DNA of 64,000 nucleotides from an uncultured bacterium (lineage in GTDB: Bacteria > Cyanobacteriota > Vampirovibrionia > Gastranaerophilales > Gastranaerophilaceae): positions 7,071 to 71,070 of the forward strand of contig CASFPN010000024.1 in assembly GCA_949296425.1 (NCBI GenBank), given 5' to 3'. The notes beneath the pieces are model-generated. The model was not told where the DNA came from. It ran no database searches and worked only from the letters and a program-made list of their open reading frames with translations. Positions 9,851 to 18,786 of this stretch are shown here, piece by piece; within the stretch, counting starts at the first letter, position 1; each line of letters opens with the position of its first letter. Both the position numbers and the translations under genes were made by a program.

Positions 9851-10103
9851 TTTTTGCCGTAACTTTTTCTTTCTGCTCTTTTAATTTATTTTTAAACAAA
9901 ACTTTCTGGAAAAGATTGTACATTTTTTCGCTGTTAACAACCGTAATTTGAGTTTTTTTATTCACAAAATCAATATTTACATAGGGTTTGCGGTTAAATA
10001 TATTATTCTCAATACTGACAAGTTGAAACAGCCCTTCAGTTAATACACTGATGGGCTCTCTCAAAAATATTTCAAATGTCTTTCGTATATCGAACTTTTT
10101 CAT
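9840..10103 (-). CDS. Hypothetical protein (87 aa)
   Basis: ORF downstream of the TPR gene; no family recognised. Confidence 0.55.
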   Translation of the reverse strand: MKKFDIRKTFEIFLREPISVLTEGLFQLVSIENNIFNRKPYVNIDFVNKKTQITVVNSEKMYNLFQKVLFKNKLKEQKEKVTAKTKA

Positions 10104-10138
10104 ATCCCGGCCTGATAATTGTTTAAATTGTCAGATAT

Positions 10139-11992
10139 TTATTGAGCCTTTACTTTATATTTTTCAATTTTTTTCATAACTTCAGCTTTATCGGAAGCGT
10201 TAGGATTCATAGCAAGATACTGCTGATAATATTTAACTGCGCCTCTGTAGTTAAGTTCTTTTTCATACGACATAGCTTTGAGTTTTGCAATCTGCGAACT
10301 GTTATGATAAAAGTCTATAGCGCGGTTGCAGTATTCTATAGCCGATGCGTAATTCTTTTCCTGATACTGTCTTTGAGCAATATCAAAGAATTCATTTGAC
10401 TTAATTTCACAAAGATTTATATATTGAATACCGTTTTTGGCAATAACGTTATCCGGATCCTTCATCAAGGCTTTTTGCAGAGCCTGTCTTGCTGTTCTGA
10501 ACTGTTTATTATGAACAAGAATCTCTGCAAGATACAGGTCATCATCAACCGAATTTGAGAAATTAATAGCGTTTTCAAACGTATAAACGGCATCTTTTTC
10601 TCTGCCCATTGCAAGGTAAGCTTCACCCTTAATTACACTGTCCATAAGGTTGTTTCCTGCAGCCTGAATAATATAGTTAAGACTGTCTTTTGCAAGCGGA
10701 GCCTGGTGAACAAGTCTTGCAAGTTTTAATTTTGCAAGATGCAGTTTCAAATCATCAGGACATTGTTCAATTGCCTTATTTACGTAATCATAAGCAAGGT
10801 AAACTTCTTTATTGGTTGTAATACCTTCATTTGACCCTCTTTCTTTGGCCATTTCGTAATAAGTATTTGCAAGACCGATAATTGCTTCATCATTATAATC
10901 AGCATCACCTATAAGTTTTGAATAATAATCAAGCGCCTGATCGTATTTTTTAATATGCAATGCCATATTAGCGATTTTCAAACGACCTTCAGTATAACCC
11001 GGATTAATTGCAATAGCGGTTTTTAACTGTTCCATTGCAAATTCTTCATCCGCACGGTTTTCATAAATTGTAGCAAGGTTAAGATAAGGTCTAGAGTTTT
11101 CAGGTTTAACAATCTGTGCTTTTTTGAAAGAATTAATAGCTGCAGCCTGATTGCCCTGTTTCAAATACAATTCACCCTGTAAAGTCAAAGCCGGAGAAGA
11201 ATTCGGATTAACATGCACGGAATGGTTAACCCATGTCAAAGCTTTAGAATAATTTCCTCTGCGTGTTTCAACCTGAGCCATATGATACCAGGCTGTAGGG
11301 TTATGCGAATTGTATTTCATAGCTTTCAAGAAATAATTTTCGGCAGAATCCAAATTGCCGTTCATCATTTCAACAATACCGATATTATCGTAAGCAGTTG
11401 CAAAGGACGGATTAATTTTCAAAGCCGTATTAAACAAATCCACGGCATCGTTTGTATTGCCGAGTTTTAAAGTGGCAACACCCATAGCATTGTATGCTTC
11501 ATAGTAATTAGTATTTAAATTAACTGCTTCAACAAATTCTCTCAAAGATGCATTAATCAGTTGCCTTGTATTTTTGATATAAGCAACGTCTGAAGATGTT
11601 GTTCTCTGCAGATAAACAAGACCCTGCGCGTAGTGAAGCGTCGGATTTTTAGGGTATTGTTTAAGCAGTTTGTCAAGTTCTTTTTGTGCAGGATCCAATT
11701 TATGCTGTTTTGCCATGGAAACTGTTCTTAAAGCCAGAAGATTAATATCATTCGGCTTCAAATTAAGATTTTCACGAATTTTTGTATCTGCTTCTTCACA
11801 TTGATTGTACTCAATCAGTCTTGCAATTTCGGGATAAATCTGAGTTGCAGATTTGGCAGGTGCAGAAACTGTTTGTTTAGTCGAATTTGCCGTACTTTTT
11901 TGAACCTGTGCCTGAAGTTCTTTTGCGTAAACCTGTGAAGTCATAGCAGCCATAACGACAATAGATGATATCAATAATTTTTTATAATTCAT
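10139..11992 (-). CDS. Secreted tetratricopeptide repeat protein
   Basis: Signal peptide; many TPR units (e.g. AYNAMGVATLKLG...AVDLFNTALKINP). Confidence 0.92.
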   Translation of the reverse strand: MNYKKLLISSIVVMAAMTSQVYAKELQAQVQKSTANSTKQTVSAPAKSATQIYPEIARLIEYNQCEEADTKIRENLNLKPNDINLLALRTVSMAKQHKLDPAQKELDKLLKQYPKNPTLHYAQGLVYLQRTTSSDVAYIKNTRQLINASLREFVEAVNLNTNYYEAYNAMGVATLKLGNTNDAVDLFNTALKINPSFATAYDNIGIVEMMNGNLDSAENYFLKAMKYNSHNPTAWYHMAQVETRRGNYSKALTWVNHSVHVNPNSSPALTLQGELYLKQGNQAAAINSFKKAQIVKPENSRPYLNLATIYENRADEEFAMEQLKTAIAINPGYTEGRLKIANMALHIKKYDQALDYYSKLIGDADYNDEAIIGLANTYYEMAKERGSNEGITTNKEVYLAYDYVNKAIEQCPDDLKLHLAKLKLARLVHQAPLAKDSLNYIIQAAGNNLMDSVIKGEAYLAMGREKDAVYTFENAINFSNSVDDDLYLAEILVHNKQFRTARQALQKALMKDPDNVIAKNGIQYINLCEIKSNEFFDIAQRQYQEKNYASAIEYCNRAIDFYHNSSQIAKLKAMSYEKELNYRGAVKYYQQYLAMNPNASDKAEVMKKIEKYKVKAQ

Positions 11993-12094
11993 GTTTTCTC
12001 CTGCAACCGGTTATAAGTTGACTATTTTAATTATTCTAAAAATATTGTATAATAGTAACTGTAAAAAATCAATAATGTAAACGGTGTAGAAAAG

Positions 12095-13009
12095 ATGGGG
12101 ATTAACACAACTTCAAAACAGGATCTGGAAGATTTCAAATCATACATAATAGCGGAAAAAAACTTTTCCAAACATACTGCAAAGGCATACTGCTCTGATA
12201 TTTTGAGCTTTCTTGTATGGATGGATGAAGAATCATGCGAAGATATTACATTACAAAAAATCAGAGAATATTTACATTTTATTCAAAAATTTAATTACAA
12301 AAAAACAACTCTAGCGCGAAAAATTGCTTCATTAAGAACTTTTTACAAATATCTTTACCGCGAGCGTAAAGTTGACTCAAACCCTGCAATGAGCCTTATT
12401 AACCCTAAGCGCCCAAAATCACTCCCTAAATTTTTAACCCCGGATGAAGTGGAACAAATTTTAAACAATACAAAAATAGAAACACCTGCAGGATATAGAA
12501 ACAGAACTATCCTGGAACTTTTATGGGCAACTGGGATGAGAATTTCCGAACTTGCAGGGTTGAATTTCGGCGACCTGAACCTTGAAAACAACGAAATAAG
12601 AGTTTTGGGAAAAGGTTCAAAAGAACGTATTATCCTTGTAACAGACAGAGCAAAAAATTTTCTTGAACGTTACATTGAAACAGCCAGAGCACTTATTCCT
12701 AAAGGATTTCCTGCTCCGCCAGAAGAGGAAAATTCTCCGGTTTTCATAAATAACACAGGTTATCGCCTGCAGACAAAAACAATAAGAAATGCCATAAACG
12801 ATGTTGTAGAAAAAATAAACCTGCCTAAACACGTCACACCACACGTTTTTCGCCACAGCTTTGCAACGCATTTGATAGAAAACGGAGCAGATTTGAGAGT
12901 TGTTCAGGAACTTTTAGGTCACGCAAGCATTTCAAATACTCAAATTTACACACATGTTTCAACACAGCATTTAAAAGAAGTGTATAATGAAGCACACCCG
13001 AGAGCATAA
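12095..13009 (+). CDS. xerC: Tyrosine recombinase XerC-like
   Basis: GMRISEL, GKGSKER, HVFRHSFATH, LLGH and TQIYTH catalytic residues; no mobile-element genes nearby. The C versus D assignment is tentative. Confidence 0.85.
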   Translation: MGINTTSKQDLEDFKSYIIAEKNFSKHTAKAYCSDILSFLVWMDEESCEDITLQKIREYLHFIQKFNYKKTTLARKIASLRTFYKYLYRERKVDSNPAMSLINPKRPKSLPKFLTPDEVEQILNNTKIETPAGYRNRTILELLWATGMRISELAGLNFGDLNLENNEIRVLGKGSKERIILVTDRAKNFLERYIETARALIPKGFPAPPEEENSPVFINNTGYRLQTKTIRNAINDVVEKINLPKHVTPHVFRHSFATHLIENGADLRVVQELLGHASISNTQIYTHVSTQHLKEVYNEAHPRA

Positions 13010-13015
13010 ATAGAT

Positions 13016-13092
13016 GTCCGAAAGGCAAAAAGACAGGCTGTTTTTAATAAAACGTTTTGCGCACAGAACAGAAACCAGCTTGAGCTTCGGAC
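13016..13092 (+). repeat. Imperfect long hairpin element
   Basis: GTCCGAA (13016-13022) and TTCGGAC (13086-13092) ends, with inner AGGCTG/CAGCTT pairing. Confidence 0.4.
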
Positions 13093-13151
13093 TTCCTGCC
13101 TTCATAAACTTCCCCCTTGCCCAAAATCAAAAAATCAGCTAAACTCATCTT

Positions 13152-13949
13152 ATGGATGAAATTATAGAAAAACTTAAAGAAATCGGACTGAATGAATACC
13201 AGTCAAAGGTTTATACGGCACTTTTGAAAAAATTCCCCGCAACCGGTTATGAAATAAGCAAACTTGCAGCCATTCCGCAGTCAAGAACCTATGATACCCT
13301 GAAAGTTCTTGAAACAATGCATATAGTAATCCCGTCCAACACAAAACCCGTAACCTACACCCCAATCCGTCCGAAAGAATTGACCAAAAGATACAAAAGA
13401 AAGCTCGATTCAACTATTAATTTTCTTGAAAAAAAACTGCCGGATTTAAAAGAAGACAGCTATACAGAACCTGTTTTAACTATTTCAGGAGCCGCAAAAA
13501 TTTACGATAAATTAACGGAAATAGTTAAAAATGCCCGTGATAATATTTTTGTTGCCCTGTGGTCGCATGATTTTAAATACCTTGAAACATATCTTTTAGA
13601 CGCTTACAACAGAGGGCTGGATATTAAAATTGTTAAATATGATAAATTTATCTGCAATTTCGGAACAGTTTTTGAACACTCAACAATTTCATTGCTTGAT
13701 CATTATAAAAACGACAAATTTATCTTCCTGACAGCAGACAACAACGAAGGTATTTTCGGGATTACAAAACCCGCAAAAAATTCACTGCCCGCCGTTACCT
13801 GGACAAAAAATACGGAAATCGTTTTCTTAATCAAAGCTTTCAGCGTTTTCAGCATGTACCTCGTTGATATTGAAAACAACTTCCCTGAACAGCTTCGATA
13901 TTTCTACGGAGCAGGATTAAAAAAACTGCGTGACAAAATTTTACATTAA
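13152..13949 (+). CDS. TrmB-family transcriptional regulator
   Basis: LKEIGLNEYQSKVY.ALL, IPQSRTYDTL wHTH plus C-terminal effector domain. Confidence 0.9.
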   Translation: MDEIIEKLKEIGLNEYQSKVYTALLKKFPATGYEISKLAAIPQSRTYDTLKVLETMHIVIPSNTKPVTYTPIRPKELTKRYKRKLDSTINFLEKKLPDLKEDSYTEPVLTISGAAKIYDKLTEIVKNARDNIFVALWSHDFKYLETYLLDAYNRGLDIKIVKYDKFICNFGTVFEHSTISLLDHYKNDKFIFLTADNNEGIFGITKPAKNSLPAVTWTKNTEIVFLIKAFSVFSMYLVDIENNFPEQLRYFYGAGLKKLRDKILH

Positions 13950-14004
13950 TTTACTTTCAAATATTTCTTGAAAGTTGTATAATTTTTTTTGTAAGGAGAA
14001 AGGG

Positions 14005-14625
14005 ATGTACGGGTATAGTTTTGAATTAATCACAGGTCCTATGAGCTGCGGTAAAACAGAAGAACTTTTACGCAGAATAAGACGGTCAATCATAGCAAAA
14101 AGAAAAGTAAAAGTAATTTCGCCGGATATAGATACACGCTCAAAAGGAGATTATATTGAATCCAGAAACGGACTCTGGCTGGATGCAATAAAGGTAAAAC
14201 ATTCAATCCAGATTATGAATGTTGTAAAACCTGAAGATGAAGTTGTTGCAATAGACGAGCTCCAGTTTTTTGACAGTAATATAGTAAAAGTTATAACAAA
14301 ACTGATGGAAGAAGGCAAAAAAGTTATAGGAACAGGTTTGGAACTTGACTTTAAAGGTGAACCGTTCGGCAGCATGCCCGAGTTAATGTGCATTGCAACA
14401 ACTGTTGATAAATTACATGCAGTTTGTATGAAATGCGGATGTGAAAATGCAACCCGTACACAAAGACTTATTGACGGCAAACCGGCAGATAAAAATTCTC
14501 CGCTTATTATGATAGGAGGGGACGAAACATACGAAGCACGATGCATTAAATGCTACGAGCTTCCTGACGTTGAAAAAGAAAAGAAAAAACACGGATTTAA
14601 ACTGCTTAGTTTTGAAAAAGTTTAA
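14005..14625 (+). CDS. tdk: Thymidine kinase
   Basis: GPMSCGKTEEL P-loop, IDELQF, Zn cysteines and GGDETYEARC; RBS before ATG 14005. Confidence 0.96.
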   Translation: MYGYSFELITGPMSCGKTEELLRRIRRSIIAKRKVKVISPDIDTRSKGDYIESRNGLWLDAIKVKHSIQIMNVVKPEDEVVAIDELQFFDSNIVKVITKLMEEGKKVIGTGLELDFKGEPFGSMPELMCIATTVDKLHAVCMKCGCENATRTQRLIDGKPADKNSPLIMIGGDETYEARCIKCYELPDVEKEKKKHGFKLLSFEKV

Positions 14626-14647
14626 AATGACATCTGTTTAATGACAT

Positions 14648-15427
14648 TTAATCAGTTATTTGCCATTTTTCAAGCATTTTATCCAGTTTTCCAGTTTTTT
14701 TGAGGTGATCCATAATATAATCAACCTGCCCCAAAAGTCTTGCTGATTCGTCATCTTTTCTCAAAACAACAGCATAAGGTTCTTTTGAATATCTTTTTTG
14801 CAACAATTTAACGGATTTATCTTTTATAGTGTAGCGCATAAGGATTGAATCATCCGCTATCATTCCGTCTGCCTGTCTTGCCTTTAAAGCCTTATAAGCC
14901 TCATCATATCCTCTGAAACCCAAAACCGAAATTCCCGGAACATTTGAACGCAAATTTCTTTCACTTGTCGAGCCGAAAACTATTATAAGTTTTTTGTTTT
15001 CAAAATCTCCCAGCCCTGTTGCCTTACTGTCACTGTTAACCATTATCGCCTGACCTGCCGTAAAATAAGGGATTGAAAAATTTAAAATCCGCCGCCTGTT
15101 ATTTGTTATTGACATAGCAGCAACAAGAATATCAACTTCTCCTGAAGCAAGCTTCATAATACGGTTTGAAGCTGTAACAGGAACAAATTCAATTTTTGTT
15201 TCACTTCCTAAAAGAGATTTGGCAATATATCTTGCAAGATCAATATCAAACCCCGCTAAATTACCCTTCTCATCTTTGTACCCGAAAGGCGGAGCATCCG
15301 CACGAACTCCGGCAATAAGTTTATCACGTTTGTAAATTTCTGATAAAACATCCGTTTTTTTCTGTTTTTTCCCGCATCCGCAAAAAACTAAACATAACAG
15401 CAAAATAACTAAAAAAATCTTCTTCAT
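14648..15427 (-). CDS. Polar amino acid ABC transporter substrate-binding lipoprotein
   Basis: Lipobox-like FCGC; GVRADAPPFGY, GFDIDLA, SITNNRR, FSIPYF. Confidence 0.92.
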   Translation of the reverse strand: MKKIFLVILLLCLVFCGCGKKQKKTDVLSEIYKRDKLIAGVRADAPPFGYKDEKGNLAGFDIDLARYIAKSLLGSETKIEFVPVTASNRIMKLASGEVDILVAAMSITNNRRRILNFSIPYFTAGQAIMVNSDSKATGLGDFENKKLIIVFGSTSERNLRSNVPGISVLGFRGYDEAYKALKARQADGMIADDSILMRYTIKDKSVKLLQKRYSKEPYAVVLRKDDESARLLGQVDYIMDHLKKTGKLDKMLEKWQITD

Positions 15428-15624
15428 AATAAAAAATAATAGCGAAATAAATATTTAAAGTCAATTACAAAAAGCCTTGTAAATAATCAAATAGCCCGCG
15501 TGGATAACCGCTTTTGGCAATGTTTCTTACAATAAATAAAGTACATAATCTAGTATTAGTTTGTTTTTTAAAAAAAATATTTTTGGGGTTTTTAGAAAAA
15601 AGCCCGCAACACAAGGAGGTAAAA

Positions 15625-17673
15625 ATGACTATTAAAAAACTGACTGTGGCAGCTGCAATTGCCGTTGGAATAGCAACGTGTTCCTTGAATCAGGCAATGG
15701 CGGCTTGTCCCTGCGCAGCACCGGAAACTCCGGCACCCTGTGCAGAACCCTTACCTGTAGTTACAGGACCGGCTTGTCCGTGTGAAACAACAAAACCTAA
15801 CACATGTACAAAATGCAAAAAAGCAATGCCTGACTGTGACTGCCAAAAACCCGATCCGTGCGAAGATCCTTGTAAAGACCCGTGCGATCCGTGCGAAAAA
15901 AAATCAGACTGCGGATGCCCTGATGAAATAAGCTGCGATGAACCGGCAGAACCGGCTTGCGCTATATGTCCTCAGACAGGCAAACCGGACAGAAAAGATA
16001 TGAAGCAGGTTTACGGTTACCCTAACGCTATTTACGGGACTAACAACTATGTAGGCCAGCCTGCAAACTCTATCTTTTCAACAGATACACCTATTGCAAG
16101 CACTCCAAGGGTACTTTCTTCAAACGTAAACGGTACAACAATATCTTCACAAGGGCAGGTAACAGGTGCAGCAACCGAAATGCCTTGTCTTAACGAAGCT
16201 CCTACCCGTCACAACGGCATTCCTATTGACAGAAACGAACGTTTAATGGACGGCAATAACTGCCCGATAGATTTCCAATCAACAAACTCTATTGATGCAG
16301 TTAGAAAATCTTTTGTACCGTATGAAATTCCTAATCAGATTATGCAGACAACAGGTGCTGCAGCAAACCTCGGCGGATGTCAATTTCCGGACGTCCCAAA
16401 CGGTTTCTGGGCAGCATGCGACATTGATAAATTAGCCATTAATGATGTTGTTGTCGGTTATCCCGACGGATATTTCAAACCAAACAGAAATATTTCACGT
16501 GCGGAATTTGCAACAATATTGGTTAAAGGTTTCAATCTTGACAAATGCGACATGCCCCGCGAAGGTCTTTTCAAAGACGTTCCGAAAAGCAACTGGGCTA
16601 ACGCAGCTATTGCAAAAGCCGTTGATGAAGACCTGTTAAAAGGTTACCCTGACGGCAACTTTAAACCAAACCACCCCGTAACAAGGGTTGAAGCTTTAAC
16701 AACAATTGCAAAAGGCATGACCTGTGACATTGACCAGTGCAAAGCTGACGAAATCTTAAGCAAATACGCAGACGGCGCTTCTATCCCGAACTGGGCAAGA
16801 ATACCGGTTGCTAAATCTCTTGAAAACGGTGCTTTAAAAGATATGCCTAATCCTAATATGATTATGCCTAACAAAGAAGCAAGCCGTGCAGAAGTAGCTT
16901 CAATGATGCAGACTGTTCGTGTAGCATTAGGTTATGATACTAACCCGAAAACTGCTAACAATATATGTCCTGCATGCCCTGTAAACAAAAACGCTTTTGT
17001 TGAACAGGAAGAAATCGTTAAAATCCCTACATTAAAAGTTAAGATGATCGACCAGTTAACGGCAAAATCATCCCACGTAGGACAATACTTCAGAGCAAAT
17101 ACTCTTGAAGACGTAACAATTAACGGTGTAACATATCCTTGCGGTTCAACCGTAACCGGTCAGGTTGTAGAAGTTATCAGACCGTCAGGATGCGACAAAG
17201 GTGCTTTGAAATTGTCATTCACAACAATCAAAAACGGCGACTGCAAAGCCCAGTTACCTAAACAAATTCTTCAGGCACAGGTTAACAAATCAAAACAGGT
17301 TAACCCTGTAGCAAGACTGGTTGAAATGCCGTTCACCCTTGCCGGTTCTTTAGTTGGTGTGGCAGGCAGAACAGTCGGCGGTGTTGTAACAAACCTCGGT
17401 AACGCTGTTGAAAACGTGTCTAATGATGCAGGTTATATGCTAGGTCACGTATTCCAGGGACAATTCGGCGCTGCTGCACGTAACTTAGGCGACGGCTTAT
17501 GGGAAACAGTTAAAGCACCGGTTGACGTTACAAGAACTGCTTTATCAGGTACTATGGGCTTGTTCCAGACTACAGGCGACGAATTTGCTTACCTTGTTGA
17601 CCCGCGCGGATATAAAATCTCCGCTGTAAATCCAAGAGAACACATTACTATTGCATTCGGCTGTTCAGAATAG
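15625..17673 (+). CDS. Cys/Pro-rich S-layer homology (SLH) domain protein
   Basis: AGGAGG RBS before ATG 15625; signal peptide; three SLH repeats (FPDVP..FWA..GYPDG.FKP...SRAE); Cys-rich N-terminus. Confidence 0.88.
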   Translation: MTIKKLTVAAAIAVGIATCSLNQAMAACPCAAPETPAPCAEPLPVVTGPACPCETTKPNTCTKCKKAMPDCDCQKPDPCEDPCKDPCDPCEKKSDCGCPDEISCDEPAEPACAICPQTGKPDRKDMKQVYGYPNAIYGTNNYVGQPANSIFSTDTPIASTPRVLSSNVNGTTISSQGQVTGAATEMPCLNEAPTRHNGIPIDRNERLMDGNNCPIDFQSTNSIDAVRKSFVPYEIPNQIMQTTGAAANLGGCQFPDVPNGFWAACDIDKLAINDVVVGYPDGYFKPNRNISRAEFATILVKGFNLDKCDMPREGLFKDVPKSNWANAAIAKAVDEDLLKGYPDGNFKPNHPVTRVEALTTIAKGMTCDIDQCKADEILSKYADGASIPNWARIPVAKSLENGALKDMPNPNMIMPNKEASRAEVASMMQTVRVALGYDTNPKTANNICPACPVNKNAFVEQEEIVKIPTLKVKMIDQLTAKSSHVGQYFRANTLEDVTINGVTYPCGSTVTGQVVEVIRPSGCDKGALKLSFTTIKNGDCKAQLPKQILQAQVNKSKQVNPVARLVEMPFTLAGSLVGVAGRTVGGVVTNLGNAVENVSNDAGYMLGHVFQGQFGAAARNLGDGLWETVKAPVDVTRTALSGTMGLFQTTGDEFAYLVDPRGYKISAVNPREHITIAFGCSE

Positions 17674-17720
17674 CAAAATGCTAAGCTGACAGACACAGTA
17701 CAATTTATTCGTGGCTTGGG

Positions 17721-17753
17721 GAAACCGATACATAAAAGTATCGGTTTCTTTTT
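17721..17753 (+). terminator. Intrinsic terminator
   Basis: GAAACCGATAC/GTATCGGTTTC stem plus T run. Confidence 0.8.
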
Positions 17754-17774
17754 AAAAAAATTTTTTCTCATGTG

Positions 17775-17803
17775 TTGACAAAAAAAATTTTTTATGTTAT
17801 AAA
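17775..17803 (+). promoter_or_regulatory. Strong sigma70 promoter with extended -10
   Basis: TTGACA-17-TATAAA with TG at -15/-14. Confidence 0.7.
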
Positions 17804-17828
17804 AAGTGTGGGGTAAATGTATATTTAT

Positions 17829-17859
17829 AAGTCTTGTCAAATGACGAGACTTTCTTTTT
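17829..17859 (+). terminator. Terminator-like hairpin about 20 nt after the predicted start site
   Basis: AAGTCTTGTC/GACGAGACTT stem plus TCTTTTT. Confidence 0.6.
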
Positions 17860-17977
17860 CGCTACAAAGTTTTAGGGGGTATAGGTCTTACATATTTTGC
17901 ATATACTGTTTTTGAATCGCGGCATGGCAAACTATTTTATTATTTGTAAACAAAATGTAACAATTGATTCTTTTTGT

Positions 17978-18005
17978 TAAAGTTTTTGATGAAATTTACC
18001 GAGAT
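17978..18005 (+). promoter_or_regulatory. sigma28-like promoter
   Basis: TAAAGTTT-N12-ACCGAGAT upstream of the 18051 gene. Confidence 0.4.
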
Positions 18006-18050
18006 AAAAATTACAAGCAGAGCAATAGTTAATTGGAGGTAAAATTTTAA

Positions 18051-18410
18051 ATGAATTCAAAAACCGAAAACGTTATAGTCACAGACTGTAACACAGTTGC
18101 CAATGGCATTTTACACGACTTAAATGACATTGACAAAATGGAGAGAATGCTTAGTTGTGAATTGAGTTCGGCAGACTTGTTTAAAATTGATTGTGCGATT
18201 TTATCTTCTCTAAGGAACACAACTGACTTTTCAAGAGATTTACTCAAGCAGCTTGAATCAGGCAAATTTGAAACAGTAGCAGTTAAACCGCCGAAATCGT
18301 TTGAAAGCACAATGGCAGATATTCAGCAAAATACTATGATTGACATTACAACACCTCTCCAAAATATGTTTGATGAAATGGCTGATTATGTGACAGAAGC
18401 ATTTGTTTAA
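18051..18410 (+). CDS. Hypothetical protein (119 aa)
   Basis: GGAGG RBS; no family recognised. Confidence 0.75.
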   Translation: MNSKTENVIVTDCNTVANGILHDLNDIDKMERMLSCELSSADLFKIDCAILSSLRNTTDFSRDLLKQLESGKFETVAVKPPKSFESTMADIQQNTMIDITTPLQNMFDEMADYVTEAFV

Positions 18411-18437
18411 AAAATTAAAATTATAGGAGCAAAAATT

Positions 18438-18731
18438 ATGAAAGAACTACGTGACCCCGCATTAGACTTGGAAATTGATTTTTCAAAAATTACACCTGTT
18501 AAGGATGTATGCGAAAATCTTATGTTATCAGAGGAGTTGTTAGAAAAGTACAAAATTGTTATTGACGAAAGCAAAATTGAACAGATTATCGCAGAAATTC
18601 CGGAAGAAAAACGTCACACATTAACTTTTGAAGAAAAACTTGAATATGTAAGAAAAATTCTTTCTTACGATGTGACAGAACCGATTAAAAACTTATTTGA
18701 CGATGTTTTATGTTTCGTAAGCAAACTTTAA
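18438..18731 (+). CDS. Hypothetical protein (97 aa)
   Basis: AGGAG RBS; followed by a terminator. Confidence 0.75.
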   Translation: MKELRDPALDLEIDFSKITPVKDVCENLMLSEELLEKYKIVIDESKIEQIIAEIPEEKRHTLTFEEKLEYVRKILSYDVTEPIKNLFDDVLCFVSKL

Positions 18732-18736
18732 CCAAT

Positions 18737-18770
18737 AAAAATAGGAGCTTTAAAAAGCTCCTATTTTTTT
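18737..18770. terminator. Bidirectional terminator
   Basis: AAAAATAGGAGCTT/AAGCTCCTATTTTT between convergent genes. Confidence 0.85.
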
Positions 18771-18786
18771 GTGCAATTTTGAATTA

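Noticed and set aside
12095-13009. Tyrosine recombinases (here and 58608-59468) as phage/ICE integrases
   Set aside because: XerC/D length and motifs, housekeeping neighbours, and no att repeats or mobile genes.
15514-15624. 5' extension of the SLH ORF (and similar track extensions at 21151, 43099, 47652, 47656, 56617, 58539, 59635)
   Set aside because: Downstream ATGs have better RBSs or family-typical N-termini; the extensions run through promoter DNA.
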